64,000 nt of DNA from an uncultured delta proteobacterium (GTDB lineage: Bacteria > Myxococcota_A > UBA9160 > SZUA-336): assembly GCA_963704165.1 (NCBI GenBank), contig CAVPHD010000005.1:160001-224000 (forward strand). Direction: 5' to 3'. The translations under genes and the position numbers were made by a program. Positions 59,216-64,000 of the stretch are shown piece after piece. Each line of letters begins with the position of its first letter. The stretch's first letter is position 1. The notes beneath the pieces were generated by a model. That model saw only the letters and a program-made list of their open reading frames with translations. It ran no database searches and had not been told where the DNA came from.

Positions 59216-61142
59216 GTGCCGAGGCGGCGATTTCGACCATCTCGCTCAGGATGCGCAGCACGTCGTAGTCGCGAGGCGTGTAGACGGCGGCGACTCCTTC
59301 GGAGCACAGCTTCGCGGCGTCCGCCTCGGGGATGATTCCACCGACGATCACCGGCACCGATGCGCGGCGCGCGATCTCGGGCGCGAGCGCGAGGTGCGAG
59401 CCCGAGAGGATCGAGAGCCCGATCAGGTGCACCCCTTCCTGCAGCGCGGCCGTCACGATCTCGTCGGTGGTCATGCGGATTCCCTGGTACACCACCTCGA
59501 GTCCGGCGTCGCGCGCGAAGATCGCGATCTGCTCTGCGCCGCTCGAGTGGCCGTCGAGCCCGGGCTTTCCGACGAGCAGCTTGAGCCGCCGGCCGAGCTT
59601 CGCGCTGACCTCGTCCACACGCTTGCGCAGCGTGCCGAGCCGCGCGGCGTCGGAGCGCGGCGCGACGGCTGCATCGACTCCCGTGGGCGCGCGAAACTCT
59701 CCGAACACGGTGCGGAGCGCATCGGCCCACTCGCCCGTCGTCACGCCGGCGTGCGCGCAGCGCACCGAAGGCTCCATCACATTCGAGCCCGAAGCGAGCG
59801 CGTCGCGCAATCCGCGCAGCGCCGATTCGACCTCGGACGAGCTCCGATTCGCGCGGTGTGCGCGCAGGCGCTCGACCTGTTCGCGGCCCTGCGATTCGTC
59901 GACCGACAGGATGGAGTTGGCGCCCTGAAGCAGCGGCGAGGGCTCGGCCTCGCTGAATCGATTCACGCCGACCACGATGCGCTCCCCTGCCTCGATCGAA
60001 GCGACGCGCCTCGCGTTCGCCTCGACGAGCGCTCGCTTCATGTAGCCCGATTCGACCGCGGCGATCGCGCCGCCCTGCTCGTCGATTCGCGCGATCTCGG
60101 CCCACGCGGCCTTTTCGATCTCGGCGGTCTTCTTCTCGATCACGACCGAGCCCTCGAAGATGTCGGGGTACTCGAGGATGTCCGTCTCGTAGGCGAGGAT
60201 CTGCTGGATTCGCAGCGACCACTGCTGATCCCACGGCCTCGGTAGCCCGAGGGCTTCGTTCCAGGCGGGAAGCTGGAGCGCGCGGCAGCGTGCGTCGCGC
60301 GAGAGCGTCACGCCGAGTGCCTCGAGTGCGATTCGCGGCACGTTGTTCTCGGGTTGCGCCTCGGTGAGGCCGAGCGAGTTCACCTGCACGCCGTAGCGGA
60401 AGCGGCGCTGGGTCTCGTCCGTCACGCCGTAGCGCTCGAGCCCGATCCGCTCCCACATGCGGGTGAACGCGCGCAGCTTGCAGATCTCCTCGATGAAACG
60501 GATTCCGGCGTTGCAGAAGAACGAGATCCGTCCGAAGACCGGTCCGAGCTTCTCGCGCGGAACGCGCACCGAGTCGAGCACGGCCATCGCGTTGGCGAGC
60601 GAGAACGCGATCTCCTGCACCGGCGTCGCGCCGACCTCCTGCAAGTGATACGAGCAGATGTTGATCGGGTTCCACTTCGGCACCCGCTCGACGGTCCACT
60701 CGATCATCTGGCGCGTCAGGTCGAGGGACGGCCGGGGCGGGAACACGTAGGTCCCGCGCGACAGGTACTCCTTCACGATGTCGTTCTGCGTCGTGCCCTG
60801 GAGCACTTCGCGCGCGACGCCGCGCCGCTCCGCCACCGCGACGTACAGCGCGAGCAACCACGCGGCCGTCGCGTTGATCGTCATCGACGTGTTCATGCGG
60901 TCGAGCGGGATGCCTTCGAAGAGCTGCTCCATGTCGGCGATCGAGCCGACCGGAACTCCGACCTTGCCGACTTCGCCGGCCGCGAGCGGATGGTCCGCGT
61001 CGTAGCCGGTCTGCGTCGGCAGGTCGAACGCGATGGAGAGGCCCGTCTGCCCCTTGGCGAGGTTCTGCCGGTAGAGTTCGTTCGACGCGCGGGCGTTCGA
61101 GTGACCCGAGTAGGTGCGGAAGATCCAGGGTCGATCAGTCAC
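59202..61142 (-). CDS. ecm: Ethylmalonyl-CoA mutase (MeaA/Ecm)
   Basis: PWIFRTYSGHS..SNELYRQNLAKGQTGLSIAFDLPTQTGYD; B12 motif LDGHSSGAEQIA is Ecm-type, not the DGHDRG of Mcm. Confidence 0.88.
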   Translation of the reverse strand: MTDRPWIFRTYSGHSNARASNELYRQNLAKGQTGLSIAFDLPTQTGYDADHPLAAGEVGKVGVPVGSIADMEQLFEGIPLDRMNTSMTINATAAWLLALYVAVAERRGVAREVLQGTTQNDIVKEYLSRGTYVFPPRPSLDLTRQMIEWTVERVPKWNPINICSYHLQEVGATPVQEIAFSLANAMAVLDSVRVPREKLGPVFGRISFFCNAGIRFIEEICKLRAFTRMWERIGLERYGVTDETQRRFRYGVQVNSLGLTEAQPENNVPRIALEALGVTLSRDARCRALQLPAWNEALGLPRPWDQQWSLRIQQILAYETDILEYPDIFEGSVVIEKKTAEIEKAAWAEIARIDEQGGAIAAVESGYMKRALVEANARRVASIEAGERIVVGVNRFSEAEPSPLLQGANSILSVDESQGREQVERLRAHRANRSSSEVESALRGLRDALASGSNVMEPSVRCAHAGVTTGEWADALRTVFGEFRAPTGVDAAVAPRSDAARLGTLRKRVDEVSAKLGRRLKLLVGKPGLDGHSSGAEQIAIFARDAGLEVVYQGIRMTTDEIVTAALQEGVHLIGLSILSGSHLALAPEIARRASVPVIVGGIIPEADAAKLCSEGVAAVYTPRDYDVLRILSEMVEIAASAHGVG

Positions 61143-61154
61143 GGGAGCGGACTC

Positions 61155-62099
61155 CTAGCTCCCGAACACGGATCGCGCGAAGCGGCAGATCGAGGCGATC
61201 GCGCGCTCGCCCGCATCGATTCCCGGGAAGAGCATGAAATCGTGCGGCATGCCGGGGTGCGACTGGAGCTCCACCTTTCGTCCCGCCTGCTCGAGCTTGC
61301 GTGCGAACTTGACGCCGTCGTCGAGCAGCGGATCGATCTCACCCACGACGACGAGCGTCGGGGGAAATCCCGACACGTCGCCTCGCAACGGACTTGCGAA
61401 TGGGTCGCTCCAGTTCTCGGGGCGCACGTAGCAGTCGCGAAACCACGTCATGATCTCCGTGTCGAGCACGCCGTCCTCGGGTCCGAACGTGCGCATCGAA
61501 TCGGAGTCGAGCGCCATGTCGGTCCAGGGACAGAGCAGAAGGATCGCAGCGGGTGGTGCTTCGCGCGCCGCGATCAGCCGCAAGCACACCGAGGCCGATG
61601 CGTTCCCACCGGCCGAGTCGCCCGCGACCGCGATGCGCGCGGGATCGCCGCCGAGCTCGCGTGCGTTCGCGCGAACCCAGCGAAACGCGGCCAGGCAGTC
61701 TTCGAGCGGTGCGGGGTAGCGGTTTTCGGGCGCCAGCCGGTACTCGACGCTGACGACGATCGCGTCCGCCCCGACGCAGAGCTGCTTGGTCAGCTTCTCG
61801 TGGGTTTCGGGGCTCATCACGACGTAGCCGCCGCCGTGGAAGTAGACGATCACGGGAGGCGCGGCGCCTGCTCGATCGCGCGGCGCGAATACGCGCGCGC
61901 GCAGCGGCCCCGCGGGACCGGGAATCCGGATCTCGCTCTCCGCCGCGACCGCGGGTGCGCCAGCGACGAGCAGCGGCGCGAGTGCCCCGAGACCTTCGCG
62001 CATCGGGCCGGGCTCGAGCACGCGCTCGGCGCGGTTCGCTCCCATGAGGTCGAACAAGACCTTCACCTGCGGGTCGAGCGGGGCGCGGGGGTCGGGCAA
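61155..62099 (-). CDS. Alpha/beta hydrolase (hormone-sensitive lipase family esterase)
   Basis: YFHGGG, YRLAPE, GDSAGG, DPL, HDF. Confidence 0.92.
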   Translation of the reverse strand: MPDPRAPLDPQVKVLFDLMGANRAERVLEPGPMREGLGALAPLLVAGAPAVAAESEIRIPGPAGPLRARVFAPRDRAGAAPPVIVYFHGGGYVVMSPETHEKLTKQLCVGADAIVVSVEYRLAPENRYPAPLEDCLAAFRWVRANARELGGDPARIAVAGDSAGGNASASVCLRLIAAREAPPAAILLLCPWTDMALDSDSMRTFGPEDGVLDTEIMTWFRDCYVRPENWSDPFASPLRGDVSGFPPTLVVVGEIDPLLDDGVKFARKLEQAGRKVELQSHPGMPHDFMLFPGIDAGERAIASICRFARSVFGS

Positions 62100-62136
62100 C
62101 TCGGGTCTCCGGGTCGGTTGGAGCCCTACACTACCA

Positions 62137-62529
62137 TCAGTCCGGGCGGATGCGATCCGCCAGCAGCGCGCCGATCTTCACCTGCAGCTGCTCGGGCGTG
62201 AAGGGCTTGCGCAGATAGTCGGTCGCGCCCACCGAGATCGCCTCCTCCACCTTCTCGAGGCCGCCCTCGGTCGTGATGATCAGGATCGGCACCTCGGCCG
62301 AGACGGTCGGGTCCAGGCGAGCGCAGCGGACCAACGACAGCCCGTCCATTCCCGGCATGTTGATGTCCGAGAGCACGAGATCGAACTCGCCTCCGCGCAA
62401 GGCTCCGAGCGCGCTCTCGCCGTCACCCGCCTCGATCACGTCCCAGTCGCCAAAACCCGCGTCTGCGAGGGCCTTGCCCATGATCTTGCGCATCGTCGCG
62501 GAGTCGTCCACGACCAGAACTCTCGGCAT
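62137..62529 (-). CDS. CheY-like single-domain response regulator
   Basis: VLVVDDSATMR, SDINMPGMDG, ITTE, KPF. Confidence 0.9.
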   Translation of the reverse strand: MPRVLVVDDSATMRKIMGKALADAGFGDWDVIEAGDGESALGALRGGEFDLVLSDINMPGMDGLSLVRCARLDPTVSAEVPILIITTEGGLEKVEEAISVGATDYLRKPFTPEQLQVKIGALLADRIRPD

Positions 62530-62568
62530 CGAAACCTCGTCTGTGGGGCGCCCGTGGGCGTCGATCGC

Positions 62569-62637
62569 TTGTCGGCCCTGGCAAGCGCGGGCTGAAGCCA
62601 AGGGCGCGCTACAGGCCGCCTCGCACAGGGTCGAGAA
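62569..62637. promoter_or_regulatory. Back-to-back sigma28(FliA)-like promoters for cheY (-) and cheX (+)
   Basis: Minus strand TTCAG-N15-GCCGACAA (62596-62569); plus strand TACAG-N15-GTCGAGAA (62610-62637). Confidence 0.4.
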
Positions 62638-62645
62638 GAGCGAGG

Positions 62646-63128
62646 ATGGCACCGCACGAGCTGGCCGAGATCATCCAGAAGTCCACGCACAGCGTGTTCT
62701 CGACCATGCTCGGCACGGAGCTCTCCCCGCTCGAGGCACTCGACGATCCCAAACCCTTCATGTCGAGCGAGGTGATCGGCTTCATCGGCATGGCCGGTGA
62801 TTTCGCCGGCTACGTATCGATCCACCTCTCGCGAAGGCAAGCGACGGATTTCACCGCGCGTCTGGTCGGCGTGGACGTCGCCGAGGTGACGTCGGAGGAC
62901 GAGATCCGCGACGCGGTGGGCGAGATCACGAACATGATCGCCGGAAACGTCAAGACGGCGCTCTCGCCGCTCGGCATCGTCGAGATCGCGCTCCCGACGG
63001 TCGTGATGACCCCGAAAGCCGATCTTCGCGTCCAGGGCGCGCGGGGTGTGGCCGTGCCATTCGAGGATTACACGGGCGTGTTTCACGTCGACCTGATCCT
63101 CAGCAGCGGCACAGCCCCGATCCACTAG
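62646..63128 (+). CDS. cheX: Chemotaxis phosphatase CheX
   Basis: VIGFIGMAG, DAVGEITNMIAGNVK (E-x2-N motif), IALPTVV. Confidence 0.88.
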   Translation: MAPHELAEIIQKSTHSVFSTMLGTELSPLEALDDPKPFMSSEVIGFIGMAGDFAGYVSIHLSRRQATDFTARLVGVDVAEVTSEDEIRDAVGEITNMIAGNVKTALSPLGIVEIALPTVVMTPKADLRVQGARGVAVPFEDYTGVFHVDLILSSGTAPIH

Positions 63129-63185
63129 CCCCGAGCCGAGATTCCGCTTCGCGACTCGAGCGTTGCTGAGAGCTATGCTCTGGGC

Positions 63186-63626
63186 ATGAAGCGCATGTCA
63201 CTCGCGCTCGCATTCGTGCTGTTCGCGGCGAGCGCGCTCGCGCAGGACGAGGTCGAACTCGATCGCGCTCGCGTGGCGCACGAGCTCTCGCGCGAGCTCA
63301 TGAGCCCGTACTGCCCGGGTCGCACGTTGGCCGACTGTCCGAGCCCCGATGCCGGAGTGGTGCGCGAGGAGATTCGCGAGGCGCTCCGCGCCGGCGAGTC
63401 CAGTGACGCGATTCGCGCGCGCATCGAAGCGCGCTTCGGTGGAAGCGTGATCGGCGTGCCCACCACCACCCTCGGGTGGCTGATTCCCATACTCATGCTC
63501 GCGGCGGGCGCCGTCGTGCTCGTGTTCGCGCTTCGTCGCGCTCTCGCACCTCCCGCGATCGCGCCGCGGGTCTCCCCCGAAATGGTGACTCGGCTCACAA
63601 GAGAGCTGCGCGACCTCGAACGCTGA
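63186..63626 (+). CDS. Cytochrome c biogenesis protein CcmH-like
   Basis: Signal peptide, LMSPYCPGRTLADCPSPDA, IREALRAGES, RFG, WLIP TM. Confidence 0.8.
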   Translation: MKRMSLALAFVLFAASALAQDEVELDRARVAHELSRELMSPYCPGRTLADCPSPDAGVVREEIREALRAGESSDAIRARIEARFGGSVIGVPTTTLGWLIPILMLAAGAVVLVFALRRALAPPAIAPRVSPEMVTRLTRELRDLER

Positions 63627-63763
63627 GTTCACGCGCGTCGGAGACGCATCTCCGGGCGCAATCTCCGGCGGCATCCGCACTTCTCGCATGTGCAACGCGC
63701 CGCGCGCACCGCGCGTGAGAGTCGTCACGCTGTTCGGTTTTCGCGCGCCGATCCATACAGGCG

Positions 63764-64000
63764 ATGAAGAAGCGCTTCGCTCTGCATGTGCTGTCGACGG
63801 TGATCGTGCTTTTCGGACTCGCCGCGTCCACTCCGGCGCAAGCCCAGCTTCGCAGTCACGAGCTGCGATTCGTTCCGCCGAGCGATGCGCGCGTCGTAGG
63901 ATTTCACGTCTATGTGAGCTCGGACTCCATGTCGTTCGCGGACTGGCGAGACGACGTGAACTTCGTGCCTCCGGTCGACGCGAGCGGATCCGCCGCGTTC
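63764..64000 (+). CDS. Secreted protein, N-terminal fragment (runs off the window)
   Basis: Read manually: MKKRFALHVLSTVIVLFGLAASTPAQA-QLRSHELRFVPPSDARVVGFHVYVS (signal peptide, FN3-like strand). Confidence 0.65.
   Translation, partial: MKKRFALHVLSTVIVLFGLAASTPAQAQLRSHELRFVPPSDARVVGFHVYVSSDSMSFADWRDDVNFVPPVDASGSAAF

Noticed and set aside
59202..61142. Methylmalonyl-CoA mutase
   Set aside because: It lacks RQYAGF and DGHDRG; the motifs are Ecm/MeaA-type.
1..64000. CRISPR arrays, tRNA/rRNA, transposases, prophage or defence islands
   Set aside because: None were recognised. Intergenic gaps are short and I saw no repeat-spacer periodicity by eye. The lone EVE gene has no nuclease partner.

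Overview
This is a high-GC (roughly 70% by eye), gene-dense bacterial chromosome segment with about 58 protein genes. I found no rRNA, tRNA, CRISPR array, integrase or transposase. Gene content suggests an uncultured Myxococcota/deltaproteobacterium-like organism (inference). Many conserved genes are broken by single-base frame switches clustered in a few stretches, which looks like uncorrected long-read error rather than true pseudogenes. The recognisable modules are a six-gene alternative complex III operon (actABCDEF), a giant single-chain biotin carboxylase, ethylmalonyl-CoA mutase with MeaB and PduO, a siroheme sulfite reductase, pyk/fbaB/rpiB, a heterodimeric ABC exporter and a divergent cheY/cheX pair. 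Best leads: (1) a highly divergent MDR that keeps equivalents of the CO2-binding residues of enoyl-CoA carboxylase/reductases and lies in the same window as ecm-meaB-pduO, suggesting a non-canonical ethylmalonyl-CoA pathway; (2) a hidden AhpD-like selenoprotein (CFY-UGA plus a SECIS-like hairpin) that the ORF track splits in two; (3) an S53 protease whose last Ig domain is interrupted by a membrane hairpin with an internal lipobox; (4) an in-frame GNAT-signal peptide-TSP3/dockerin-SGNH fusion; (5) a metallothionein-like gene behind a perfect 9-2-9 palindrome; (6) pervasive leaderless-type TAnnnT promoters. All family assignments come from motif recognition by eye; no searches were run.
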